A DNA stretch of 64,000 bases from assembly GCF_037042905.1 (NCBI RefSeq), contig NC_087252.1, positions 21,454,001-21,518,000 of the forward strand, written 5' to 3'. Shown here piece after piece: positions 36,436 through 49,612 of the stretch; position 1 is the first letter of the stretch, and every line of letters starts with the position of its first letter. Both the position numbers and the translations under genes were made by a program. The notes beneath the pieces were generated by a model. That model made no database searches. It was not told the origin of the DNA and saw only the letters and a program-made list of their open reading frames with translations. The DNA comes from Lytechinus pictus (taxonomy: Eukaryota).

Positions 36436-36970
36436 TTTTTTTTTTGCAGAGAATATCTGCTGTGGTGGTGTACAGGAATAGGGTGAATAATGTTTTTCCT
36501 GTTAAGAAAACAGTGGATTGATTTGTCAATAATTATATTCAGTACAATACAATGTATTAAGTGAAGTATATAAGCTGCACAATATGAATAGACCTCAGTC
36601 ATGTTGTTATCATTTTTATTCATTTTTTTTCTTTTTTGGAGAGATTTAAAATCTAAAATATGGGCCTAGTAACTAATTAAAGAGACAAAACGACGACTTT
36701 TTTTTGCGGAGAATATCTGCTGTGGTGGTGTACAGGAATAGGGTGAATAATGTTTTTCCTATTTAGAAAACAGTGCATTGATTTGTCAATAATTATAATC
36801 AATACGATAACATAATACAATGTATTAAGTGAAGTATATGAGCTGCACAATATGAATAGACCTCAGTCATGTTGTTATCATTTTTATTCATTTTTTTTCT
36901 TTTTTGGAGAGATTTAAAATCTAAAATATGGGCCTAGTAACTAATTAAATCCACAAAACAGCAACTTCTT
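36436..36970 (+). repeat. Recent tandem duplication of ~260 bp of unique sequence
   Basis: gc(a/g)gagaatatctgctgtggtgg at 36446 and 36706, near identical through gggcctagtaactaattaaa. Confidence 0.95.
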
Positions 36971-38778
36971 TACTTCAATGCTGTATACCTTTGCCAAATA
37001 TCCTGTATAAGACTACCCAAGACATAGAATAAGAGAGATAGAAATAAATTTGTGAAAGTGAGGAGAGAATGGTCAGAATAAAGCAAGATTATCATTAATG
37101 CCAGAATTCGCATTTCAGATTTTTATTCGCTTGTCGCTGAATTTAAGACGACTGCAAGATAGAGATCAAGTGCTTTAGGGTAGGCTGTATGGTGGGGAGA
37201 AATCTTAGCTTTCTTGGCAAGAAATAGAGAAAGGAAGAGAGTGGGAAAGATGGGGGAGGGGGTGTACATGGGGGGGGGGTGGGACGAAGAGTAAATTTTC
37301 TTTTTTTTAGATTTGAAAAGATGTGTCCCAGTATATCAATACTAACTAGGCAGATACCAGCCCTATCAGGGAATAATTTTGCTTTACAAATTTGAATACT
37401 ATTTTTGGTCAGAAGAGAAAAGCTCTCAACTAAGTAATGTACAGTCCTATGTAAAAATATGCTATACAAAATAATTTATGCATAGCAGTCTTTAAAAAAT
37501 GTGGAGCAAATTGCGATGCGATACCAGGAAAATTATGCCCTGCCTATACTCTGTAAAGAGGATTGTTATTAGTGTAAGAGAGTTTTGGGTTGCAATTTAT
37601 CATACATTAAATGATTAACAGTTGAAATTTGAATATATGCATGTGTGTTTTTAAAAAAGTGTGTGAGAGAGAAAAAGAGAGCGAGTGAGAGAGAGAAAGA
37701 GAGAGAGATAATTGAGATATAAGCTGGTTGGGCAAGGTGGATCGGGTGGATGATGAGGTTAAAAAGTGATATGGAAATAACAAATTGAGTAGATAGAGGG
37801 AGCAAGACAGAAGAGAAACGAGAGAGATGGAGGGGGGGGGGGACAAGAAAATGTAAGTACTCTCATTTAACACTTTTAAAGCTGAATTTTGATCCAATTC
37901 AAACATTTTATCTAAAAACAAAACCTGTGTGAAGATTCCTTTAAGGTGCAGAGCCTAGAGCACGGTGTTCAAAAGCCCCGCTTGATCCCCGGCTGAAACC
38001 AGCTGCGTTATTCAAACAATGGAAGTCAAAACACTGGAGTCTGGCAAAAACCGAAAGGTCCCTAAAATCAATAGTGCGACGTTTAACCGGTATGTTTTGA
38101 AGAACATAAGATCCTGTTGATTCGACCCGTGGAATTTTGCCTACAGTGTTATGAGGGTTAAGAAAAGATCTTCCAGAAGATAAGACAGACATTCCCTTAA
38201 CGCCGTGATTAGGCAGCGTAGTTGTGACGTTTTTCAGCAGAGCTTGTGTTTTTTTTGCTTTATGTCTGCTGTAAGCGTGGAAAAAGGGGTTAGAAGTCAG
38301 GCCGGGTTAAAGCACTTTTTTTTATGCAGCTTCATTACGTGTTATTTATAGATCCACTGTTTTATTGATTCCTTCCAAATCTATGTCTCTCTGTATCCCG
38401 CCATTTCTTTTGCTCTGCCTTTTTACCTGCTATCATCGCTCCAAGCGGGGATAAGTGAATGTAAGCGTTCACTTTAGGGGTTCATGGCATTTTACTGCAT
38501 TTGGCGTATTAACCCTATCGCCGTGGAAACGGGTGAAAAAGCAGAAAAATGTGAGCACATTTAGGAATGAGATTGAAATTGGGTGAAAGGTATCTTCTGT
38601 CTTGTATTGGAACGATTGATGAAACGTCACTTCAGATTTGATTATGCCACCACGGATCAATCAATTAATTTGCCTATTGCTAATTTACTGTGCCATGCAA
38701 GTCAATGGAGGAAGAAGGGGGGATCTCCAGTGATGTACTAGAAGGGCAATGACCCTACTGGTGGATGTTTTGACTTAA

Positions 38779-40253
38779 AGTTGAATTAAGAAGACGATTC
38801 CAAATATTGAGATATTTACATTAATAGCAACCTTACAACCCCCCAAACACTAAGAGGTGATTCGACCCCCCATTTTCTTTTTTCAAAATAGTGAATTTGA
38901 ACGATTTATCCCTACCCATTTTCCCTGAGTTCGCTCCTGCAATGCCTACCGAGACGGGTGTTCTTTGAGTGTGACGTCACCGGGGGGGGGGGTATTCGGT
39001 CCCGGTGTAGTAAACAAGGCAGTGCCGCTTTGTGTACTATGTACGTACGCCTTCATATGGAATAACTGCAGTTGAAGTTGTATCTGCGAGCCATAGAACT
39101 TGCAAAGAGGAAATGATTAAAATATTTGTGGCCGTACTATTATTCCAAATATGTAAATTCCCTCAGTATGATACCATAGACCCTAAAGGAATAATTTCAA
39201 GGTGAATAATATGAAATTTGATCGAGATCTTCTCACCAGTCGATAACGTAGCAGACGTGTTATGATGACATATTTATCCGCGTGTGACGCGGCCCTTGCA
39301 AAAAAACACAGTTGGTTGCGGAATTGCTTTGTGCCGACCGGCCGCCCGCTCCGGCGCAGCTAGCTGTCGAGCTACCGTACCGCATACCTTTCTTGTTGTC
39401 TTCAACCATAGATATGTATACTAATTACTATAATATCTCTCTGTCTTCAACTCACTTGCGAATTGCGTTTGTATGTGTGACGGTGACCCCTAGCGTAATT
39501 AAATATAGAAAACAACTCAGAAGGCCGAGAAAGAATAATACGTTTGGTTCAAGATTGTTCTGTGGAATGAGCTATGAGTGGAAATGATCCAGAGGATATA
39601 AAAGTGGAGTCAAAGACAAAAGAAAAGAAGAAAAAACGCCAGGGGATCGCTGCACGGCCATGAACTAAGTCGACATACCAGACCATAACAGTACACTCAA
39701 TGCCTGGGTGTTGTGTGTACTAGTATTATGCGTTCAGCGCGCGCTGAGCGAGAGCTGAGCTAGCCGCCGGAATTACTTTCCAGCTATTCACTTGATTGAA
39801 CATCGTGATAAAATAAATGAGAAATAGTGAAAATATCATTCAATAACTCACTGTTTGCTATCTTACATCATGATTGAAGAGTTCATGATGGTTATTCATA
39901 CTGTTTTTTATACAGGGAAAGTAAAGATTTGTACATATCAGTCCTATTTGTTTGATTTGAGTTGCTTTGAAAAAAAATTGTAAAATATCTTTCTCTCTCT
40001 GCATAGCATTTCTGTATGACATTCAGGCACCTCTTATACTAAATTCCCCCCGGTGACGTCACACTCCGAGTGGCTTTTCTGTACACTCGTCTCTCGGGCT
40101 CTGACAGGTGGCTAATTTCATAGACTTTCAAAGCAAAATATCGAGAAGGCAGAGGATTTTTGTGACTTGCTATCTGTTTGAACAACTTATATATACTATA
40201 TATTGTGTGTAGAACCTATATTTATGGAAACTCACCCCCTTCTTAATTCAACT
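38779..40253. mobile_element. 1.47-kb Kolobok-like non-autonomous element, TTAA TSD
   Basis: ttaa|agttgaattaagaag ... cttcttaattcaact|ttaa; symmetric internal inverted gagtgtgacgtcaccgggggg at 38967 and 40046-40066. Confidence 0.85.
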
Positions 40254-40339
40254 TTAAATCCTTTTGGGTCTAATGAAATAGAGGATGCTACATTGGGATG
40301 TTGAATTTGAACTTGATTTGTGGAGGGAGAGGTTGTTGA

Positions 40340-40500
40340 TATGATGGTGGTGATGGTGGTTGTGGTGATGATTGTGATGAGGATGAGAGTAACAATTGGC
40401 AATTATGATGATGGTAGTAATGATGTAATGGTGAAAAATTTGGTGGAGGTGGTGATGACGGTTACGTTGGTGGTGGCGGTCGTGATGGTGGTGGTGGTGG

Positions 40501-40533
<33 letters not shown>

Positions 40534-40763
40534 GGATGAGAATGAGGATGGTGATGATGATGATGATGATGATGATGTAATGGTGAAAAATTTGGTGGAG
40601 GTGGTGATGACGGTTACGTTGGTGGTGGCGGTCGTGATGGTGGTGGTGATGATGATGAGGATGATGGTGATGGTGATGATGATGATGAGGATGAGAATGA
40701 GGATGATGATGGTAGTAATGATGTTTGCAATGGTGATGATGTTAATAGTGATGATGATGTGGG

Positions 40764-40798
<35 letters not shown>

Positions 40799-41100
40799 GT
40801 GATGATGGTGATGATGATGATGATGATGTGGGTGATGATGATGATGAGGGTGGTGATGATATCATGATGATGGAGGTGATGATGATATTATGATGGTGAT
40901 GATGATGAAGGTGATGATGATGATGAGGATGATGATGATGATGAAGATGATGATGATGTAGATAATGGTGGAGGTGGAGATGTTGAATGTGATGATGATG
41001 ATGACGATGGCAGTAATGATGTTTGTAATGATGATGAAGATGATGGTAATGATGATGATCATCATCATCATAGTGGTGATGATAATGTTGATGATGATTT
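40340..41100. repeat. (GAT/GGT)n array with an internal ~152-bp duplication
   Basis: tgatgtaatggtgaaaaatttggtggagg... at 40421 and 40573; the array resumes at 41760-41925 after the LINE. Confidence 0.95.
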
Positions 41101-41753
41101 GATTTGATTTATTTTATTTCCCAACAATATTCACATGTTTACAGGTTATAAAACAAATTGCATAACAGTTACACATGTATAAAAATATGATGGTAAATGG
41201 GATCAGAAAATAGCACAAGTGCTAATCGAGCCTGGCCCCACAAATATTACAAAATGCACATTTAAGAAGGAAAAACAAAACACACATTTAGATTACAATA
41301 TATTCCTTGTAGAGGGTTATCAACATTTTTTTAAAAGTTATTTTAATTGTATTAATTATCTACTGTAGACTTACACGTTGATGGTGTGAATTTATGAAGA
41401 CAAATAACTTTTTAGAGAATTCCTAAAAACTTTTTCTTGATTTCTTCAATATGATTTCAACTGGTACTTTATTCCAGAAATTGCTACCTAGAAAAGAAAG
41501 TGAAAATTGGTCTTGAGTTGTTTTTAGGTTTGGAAGATTTTACTTGTTGGCCTTTCTTCTGTCTAGTAGGATAATTGTGCTCAATCAGGTTACAATAATC
41601 TGCTAAGGAGTGAGGTATTATGCAGATCATACATGAAGGTGTATACTGATAAATTATGCAAATCATAAACATTTATAATCTTTACATCATTAAATAAAGG
41701 GCGAGAATGAGCTTGCCAGTGACTAGGTAATTGCTCGCACTGCCATTTTTTGG
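41097..41753 (-). mobile_element. 5'-truncated CR1/L2-group LINE: frameshifted RT C-terminus, 3' UTR and (AAATC)n tail
   Basis: Minus-strand pieces QKMAVRAIT, HWQAHSRPLFNDVKIINVYDL..FMY, HNYPTR and FSLSFLGSNFWNKVP match the pattern of CR1/L2 ORF2 ends; tagcac-tt-gtgcta hairpin near the 3' end. Confidence 0.85.
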
Positions 41754-42117
41754 GAAAAGATGTGATGATGATGGTGGTGGTGGTGGTGGTGATGGTGATG
41801 ATGGTGATAGAAATGTTTGATATTGCGACAATGGTGATGATGGTGATGATGATGATGATAATGATTATGATGGTGATGGTGATGATGTTGATGGTGATGA
41901 TGTCGATGTTGATAGTAATGATGATAGTGCCATTTACTGCAAATAAGGACATCTGTAAACCTCCTTATACTAATGCAAGAATTAAATGATCACTAAATAG
42001 TCAGACTATAAAAGTCAACTATAAAAACATTATGCCATACAACCTGCTTTTCACACCTACCTTTATATGTATGGTTCAGCCTGTTAATTTGTCTGTTTTG
42101 TTTGGGCCTATATATTA

Positions 42118-42597
42118 TAGGTGGTTTCAAACCGCCTCGATCACAAGAATCCCCGTTAAATTACGAGAACTTTTTTAAGCTGAAAAATACCCATTAATTA
42201 TTCCTGCATTCACACCGCCCTGAAACATACCCTTCGGGATAAGTTCCTGAAGTTACGAGCATGCGCAGTATGGTCTGATAAGCAGCAAAGCGCGAAATTC
42301 AAAATCACTAGCCCAGCAGCAACCCATGCACGGCGCCGCACCCAACGACACGCTGGGCTAAAAGTTCCCGTAATTTGCTTTCAGACTGCCAAAATACCCA
42401 CGACCTTGGAAAAATCCCCGCGAAAGTTCTCATAATTTCGCCAAGTACCTACTATTTATCGGGTATTTTCTTTCGGGGATATTACGCGTAGTTTGCTTTC
42501 ACACCACCAAAATACCTGGTATTTTCTGATCGGGGTAAATTTCCCGATCAGAGAATACCTGGAACTGGCGAACTTCGAGGCGGTCTGAAACCACCTA
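42118..42597. mobile_element. Harbinger-like MITE
   Basis: TIRs taggtggtttcaaaccgcctcga / tcgaggcggtctgaaaccaccta; flanks tta/ttg. Confidence 0.85.
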
Positions 42598-43409
42598 TTG
42601 TGTTCTTTGAATTCATTAGGGAACAATCAAGTTTCAAATGGTAGGAGGTTTAATTTACGGTCTGTATTAAATTTAGGTATATCATGTAGTTTTTCAATTT
42701 TACTCAGTGCTTATTTGTCAGTAAAAGGAAAAAGTATAATAATCATATCACATATATGCAGTATCCAAAAAAATGTGGTACAAAATCTAAAATATATTGC
42801 TAAAATTTGCAATAAATTTGTCAAAATTTAAAAAGTTTTACATTTAAAAATACTTTTTATTATTCCGCATCTAAGTATAGATACCAATCACTTCTGTCTG
42901 TAGCTAGTTCTGTTGAAAAACATCGAATTCGATATGAAACACATGAATTCAATGATTTTGTCATTTCATTTGATTCCTTTTGGAATATTTTTAAGCAATT
43001 GAAGTTTGAAATTCACAAGAAACCAGAAAATGAAGTAATTTTGACATCAAGCAAATCATTTACTCATCAAATGTGTCATCTTTATGAAATTCAACTAGTC
43101 AATCTTCTTTAATGCCAACTTTAAAAACCCTTCATAGTTGATGATGTTGAATCAATGCAGTAGTAGCAAGGAACTCAATATTCTATAGTAGCCCCCCCCC
43201 TCTTGAAACATCTTCAATGAATTGCAACCAAGGTCAGTATTTCATGGATTGATGATGTTGAAATATTTTTTTTCGTACGTTGATTAATTGCACTCTGAAA
43301 TCAATCATTGCAATTGCTTCAGTGTATGGGTCTCCGTTTTCCCGGGAGAAGAGGGGTTAATTTCTCTTCAGTCTGTCTGTCAGTGTTAACATTGCCTTTT
43401 TGTCTTGAA

Positions 43410-43710
43410 AGAGAGAGAGGGGGAGAGGAGAGGAGAGGAGGGGAAAAGTGAAGAGAAGTGAAGATAAAAGAAGAGACCAGAAGAGAAGAGAGGAGAGGAG
43501 AGGAGAGGATAAGAGAAGAGAAGATAAAAGAAGAGACCAGAAAAGAAGAGAAGAGGAGAGAGGAGGGGAGAAGAGAAGAGAAGATAATAGGAGAGACCAG
43601 AAGAGAAGAGAGGAGGGGAGAGGAAAAGTGAAGAGAAGAGATGAGAGAGAGAGAGAGGGGAAGGATTAATAATTAAAAAGATGAATTGGAGAGAGGGAAG
43701 GAGGGGGGGG
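43410..43710. repeat. GA-rich tract with three ~60-bp units
   Basis: gaagata.a.gagaccagaa recurs near 43460, 43520 and 43580. Confidence 0.85.
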
Positions 43711-46319
43711 GGCTTTCCCTTCCAATTCCACTTCACAAAGTTGCCACTTTCTTTGATCCCCAACTCTGATTTCCAATCATTTCATCCTGTCAATATTTCA
43801 TTTCATAATCAAATGATAATCACCTCTTCAAATCCTGTCACTTCGGACAAATTCAATTACATCATTAATCACCGCGTCTTTTGTCGCCTTTCCTTTCTTC
43901 TAAAATACGGTGAAATCAGTATATGGAGGAATAGCAATTGATATCATTGGGCAAATGAAGTGCTGAATTAAATCACTCCTCCCACCCGACTCTCTTGATT
44001 AATTTTCATAGGAGTCAGATGAATTGGTGGGGTAGTTTGACCAGGGGTGAGTCATGGTACTTATCGATGATAAAGGATGAAGATTGTTACTAATCTTGAT
44101 CTTAAAATCAATACCTGTCAGTTTCACAAAGGCATTGGTGTACTGGCGTGATGAACCTTGGATAATGAGGAAGGTGTGTGGAGAGCACGGGAGACAGGGT
44201 GAGAGAGAGACAGCTATAATTAAAGTCAGAGAGAGAGAGAGAGAAAATCTCTCTCTATATATATTAATATTACATATATTGTTATTAACTCCTTATGAAG
44301 ACAGGGAACGTAAGAAATTTGAGTAGCTTTGAATAAACATTTGATAGACACAAAAAAGAACTTTCAGATTTGTTTTGTTATCACTATATGAAGCCAATAC
44401 GTGATGCTAAATGATATAATCAGATAGAAAGTGAGAGAGAGATAGAGTGGAAGACAGAGAAAAGGAGAGAGGAGGAGAAAGGATAGCATTATCAAATATA
44501 CATCTGAATATCTCACTTTAAGAATGACATTCTCTCTCAACCTGTCAGGGAGCAGACGAAAATAATCATAAATCAACCAAATTTTAACGCAAGATTGGCC
44601 TAGCGACACACACAACATCGCTATGCACACTTGTTCTTTTGTTTGCGCCCGTCCCCGGGGAGCGTAAGCGGAGCCGGCACACGCGACCCGTGCATTCCGC
44701 GACTCCAAGCCAATTTCAGCGATCAGGCGGTGTAGCTTACGTTCCCTGACCGACCGACCGGCCGTGCTCCCGACGCTGGCCTGCGATTCCACGCAAAATA
44801 ATAGATAACGAGTATTAAAGCAGAACGGCTGTGCGTTAACATTGTACAACTCAATTTTTCCGTCTCCTTTCCCATCTCCCCTCTCTCTCTCCCTCTCTCT
44901 CCTTCTGGCCGTGTCCCCCGATTTTAATTCTCTCTCCTCCTCCGCCGATGAAATTCCCATCTAATCCTTTGGCGCGAGCCCAGACTTGGCGGCGCCGCAA
45001 GATAATATCGCTTAAGAAGGGAGCGTGATGCCTTGCCAAATACTCTCCTATGTTTAATTCAACATATCATATTCATCGCGGTCTAGAGTTACACCTGTCT
45101 TAGCGAATCCATGCCACATCGCTCCTCTTTATAACCCTCACCTCATCGCCCCTTTCTCTCTCTCTCCTTCACCCAATTTTTATCCCGACTTTTAAATTTC
45201 CATCGTTTTTCCGAACCCTCCCTCTATATATTCCCCCGCCGTGCTCCGTAACTCCACGGTTTACCACACAGTTGCTATTATGCACGGTTAATGTATGGAA
45301 GTGTGAATGGTGATTGCAAATTAAGCATCCAATTATGAATTAAATTCAGACATTTTATCTGGGCCTCCTTCCCAAGACCCAGATACGGACAGGTTATAAA
45401 CTGTCATATTAACCTGTTGAGCACCGAATCATTCCATTCCCATAGGCATTGTACAGGGATTAGCAGATTCAAGCATGGGCAATATTATATTTATAAACCG
45501 TATCCCCTGTGAAATAATTATGTATGCCTCCTCACAAAGCAATTATTTTTCCATTGCTATTGTATTGTCGAAGAACGGTGTCGTATTATCTGGAGGTCCA
45601 TTGTGTCTTTTGTGATCCGTCACATCCTCCCCCGGTCCGCCAAGGGGGGCAATTTTGAGGAAATTACCTGGTTTTATACCCCCAAAGGATTTTGTTTTTG
45701 AGGTTTTCAGGCTAATTATTATGTATGTTATCCCGCTGGGACCGGCTTTCTGGGTTAAACCTATATTGTAGTTAATGTTATAATGTATAATATTGATTAT
45801 TGAAATGTAAGATAATTATTGAAATGTGAAATACAATTGTATTTTAACATTAGTATTTATAAAAAATCAAATAAAAGCTAGACGTGCCATAGGATCACTC
45901 AAGGATATCTGGGGAGGGGGTGTAGAAAATGATAGAGTGCGTGTGTAGGGTGGGGGGGGGGACAGAAGACAAGATTTAGGATGAATGTCACGATAGTGTT
46001 CCACCATTTGGGAAAAATTAGAATAAAGAGAATGTCAAATTGATGATGAGTAATATCATTAAAAATACATGTCTTTCTTTTATTCTTTCCCCTAGGAAAT
46101 CGATTTGATTTTTATCCATTATCTAGCAATTCATCCTAAATTGTCATTGTTGTGATAATGGGGGCCTGGTATGTATTCATGGTTCTATCTTTAATGTTTT
46201 ATGTCACTTTCAATAGCTTATAATTTTGGTCAGATCGATGAGTGATGAAAATGATATTGAAGAAGAGAAATTTGAAGTAGGAATGAAAATGATGCAGATG
46301 AAAGGGGATGATGAAATTA

Positions 46320-46740
46320 ATGCTACTTCTGCTGCTTCTACTATTGCTGCTGCTGCTCCTCCTCCTATAACAACAGCAACAACAACAACAATACTATGAA
46401 TAGTGATGCTTCTTCTGTTACAACAAAAATGGACAAGAACAACTGCTGATTCTTCTTCATCCTCCTCTTCTTCTTCTACTCCTTCTACTCCTTCTCCTCC
46501 TCCTTCTCCTCCTTCTTCTTCTTCGTCTTCTTCATCTTTCTCTTCTACTGCTACTTTTTCTTCTTCTTCTTCTCGTTCTTCTCCTTCTCCCTCTCCCTCT
46601 CCTCCTCCTTCTCCCTCTCCCTCTCCCTCTCCTCCTCCTCCTTCTCCCTCTCCCTCTCCCTCTCCTCCTCCTCCTTCTTCTCCTTCCTTCCTCTTCTCCT
46701 TTTGCCTCCTCCCACTCCTCCTACTCCTACCCCCCATTCT
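46320..46740. repeat. (CTT/CCT/CTCTCC)n low-complexity tract
   Basis: Directly visible. Confidence 0.9.
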
Positions 46741-46952
46741 GCTACTGATCACAGAAATAAACAATGTTTTTGTGGTAAAACTGCTTCTACAAAATGGAGT
46801 AATGAGAAGATGAAGGAGAAAGAGTAGAAGAAGCAGAGGATAAGGAGAAGGGATAATTTTGAAGGAGAAAAGTGAGTAGGAGGAGACAACAACGGAGTAG
46901 TTAAAATTGAATCGATCAACAACCATCTCAGATTCATCTGTGTGATTGTGTG

Positions 46953-47379
46953 GGTAAATTGCCAATTCGTCTACTGCCAACTCATCCACTCACCACATGA
47001 TCTACCTTCATTAAGTCTAATGCCATTCCATCCAACAACATTTCGTCTAACAACCGTTTGGTCCAATAATCATCTGGTCCAATCATCACTACGTCTAATC
47101 ACCAATTTGTGTATGACCATTTTGTCTCATAACCAGTTGGTCTAATGTCCATTTTATTTTCATTAATTTTGCCTGAATGACAATATACCAATTGGTCCAA
47201 TTAGACCAAATGGTATATGGACTAAATGGCCATAGGAGCAACTGGCTATTAGACAAAATGGTGAGTGGACGACGTGGCAATTAGACCATGTGGATAGTGG
47301 ACGAACTGATGGTAGACCTAATGATAGTAGACGAGTTGGTAATTGAACGAATCGGCATTAGACCAATTGAACATTAACC
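46953..47379 (+). mobile_element. Foldback-style MITE built from ~20-bp ggtcta/tagacc subrepeats
   Basis: ggtaaattgccaattcgtcta ... tagaccaattgaacattaacc; inverted homologue at 50252-50618. Confidence 0.8.
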
Positions 47380-48589
47380 ATTATGTGGATTTATGATAGG
47401 AATAATCAAGAATGAAAATAGAAGACAAAGGAAGAAAGGAGAAAGAGAGAGGGGGGGAAGGCAGATCAGGAAGTAGACATAAGAAATCGAGCAATTTAGA
47501 AAGATTTATCGGGAAAGAAAGAGAGAAAGGTATACTAGACAAAAAAAGGATTTTGAAAATTTGAAATAAAAGGAGATGATGGATAGATTGTCTGAACTCC
47601 GATTTACCTCGCAGCTAGTGTTTATCTGGATTTACCATCGATCAACGAGGATTGAGCGAAAAGATTTCCCTGAAAATCACCCCGTCATCTCTGACGAGCC
47701 TTAAATGTTTTTGACGTATTCAATTAGAATCATATCTTCACCTCCGGCAATGGCAGAATTTTGAGGATAATTTTTTTTTTTTCTGAGTGGACATTTGCTA
47801 TAGATACAAATGAAAAGCAGATCTGCAACTCGATTGTCTGTGTTTAACAAGTGACCAGAACTGATTTTGAAAGGAAATGCTTTCAAAGCCATCAGTTATA
47901 AAATAAAAGCAAGTCCAGTTTTAAGGGACGGAGTTGGCATTAACAAGACGGAGTCTGATCACTCCAAATGATTTACAAATGTTGTTTGCAGATATCAAAA
48001 GTGATATGCCATTTCTCTGTCTTCTCCCCAAAGATTGTTGCTTGGAAACCCATTCTGTGAGGAAAACAGAAGTGGATGGGTTACAATTTTCATGTTGAAG
48101 TTATATACAACTATCTTGTGGTTTTATGTGTTCGGTGTTGTAGAGGAATCTGCAAGCACAGGCTCATAATGATTGATACTTTAAACAATACCATGTCAAG
48201 AATGAAGACGAGACGCCAAACTCTCTGAGCCAGCCGCAGTACATAGTGAATCTAGTCTCACTACTTCAGACCCTGTATGGTGCACCACGCAAATTACAAA
48301 AGCATGGCTCTGTGCCTGAAGACTAGTCATACCCTATTGGCGTCTTATGCTTGCCTGTATTTTCAGTATCACCTTCTGGTGTTAGCTAGTCTCTCTTCCT
48401 TATCCTTTACATTCTAGTTTCTACACAGAAAAACCTGTGGTGTTAAACCGATGTACATACATGTAGAGGACTACACCATTAATGTAGTCTGGTGTTTAAT
48501 TTACAGTGTTAGTTCGACATGAAACGTGTATTATTAAAACACCTTTTGTTGCTATTTGGACACACTCTGGTGTTCAGTTCAGTCTCTAA

Positions 48590-48989
48590 TACCCCTTTCA
48601 TAAACCCAATAAAACCTATCCTCCAATTAGCCGCCTAAGAGTAATGCGGATAATTCAATAAAAATTGCGTTCACAAACTCCGAAAATTATTCGCATTATT
48701 TTTACGAGCGCCCGTCCTGAAAAAGGCGGATAATCGTCATGACAACTGGACACGCCCCCTCCGATGCGGTTGTGTTGGAAAAGGGTGACCTTGTGACCGC
48801 ACCATGGCAATTATCCGCATTATTTGGAAATACGTTCATAAACTCAAAATCTTGTCCCGATGCCGCTATTATGCGGATAATAGCAGCATCAGAATAATGC
48901 GGATAACTCTTGTCCTCCTCTGATTTTACGACCAAATTATGCTACTATTAGCCACATAATTGGGTTTTATTGGGTTTATGAAAGGGGTA
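48590..48989. mobile_element. Harbinger-like MITE, TAA TSD
   Basis: Perfect 27-bp TIR tacccctttcataaacccaataaaacc; taa on both flanks; gcggataa subrepeats. Confidence 0.9.
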
Positions 48990-49256
48990 TAAGGTGTACT
49001 TTTAACACCTCAGCGTGTGGATCTCTTGGGGGGACACCAACTTGGGTTGGTTTTACCATGGCCCTATTACCTATTTGTAATTGGTCCTTGGTTTTACCAC
49101 CAAGTTTTTGGAGCGTATGTTTTTAATTTTTCTTCAACAAGCCCCTTATCCCATTAATCAGCCAGGATTATGCATGATCAAAATAAGAATAACACCCTCC
49201 TATTCCCTCAACAGTGTTACTTTTATTTATTGTTCTCACTCTATCTTTGGATGTTA

Positions 49257-49612
49257 TACCCCTTTCATACTGCACTTTTTCTCGATGAACTTCGTCAGCA
49301 AAGGGGAAAGTGTCCAGTATGAAAGGTACAGAGAACTTCCCTGGCGAACTTCACCGCTGACCTTCTCCACCTTGAGAAAAAGCCAATATGAAAGCTCACC
49401 GGAGAACTACTCCGCTTTAATGACGTCGGAGCTCAAATTTCATATCCCCGAAATCCAAAATCACCTGAACCGAGATTCCGTGCGCTGATTTTAAAGCGGA
49501 TGGCCGATCAATTCATATGAGTTAAAAACCCTCGAACATACACTTTCCTGCCAGAAAAGTTTTCGGGCGAAGCTTGCCGGGGAAAAGGGAAGAGGCCAGT
49601 ATGAAAGGGGTA
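49257..49612. mobile_element. Harbinger-like MITE
   Basis: 16-bp TIR tacccctttcatactg / cagtatgaaaggggta; flanks tta/cta. Confidence 0.8.

Noticed and set aside
44364..44960. 198-aa minus-strand ORF
   Set aside because: No recognisable motif; it stays open because of GC-rich and GA-repeat composition
46210..46989. 259-aa Glu/Gly-rich ORF and antisense Ser/Pro-rich ORF
   Set aside because: Low-complexity CT tract; the start lies within a MITE
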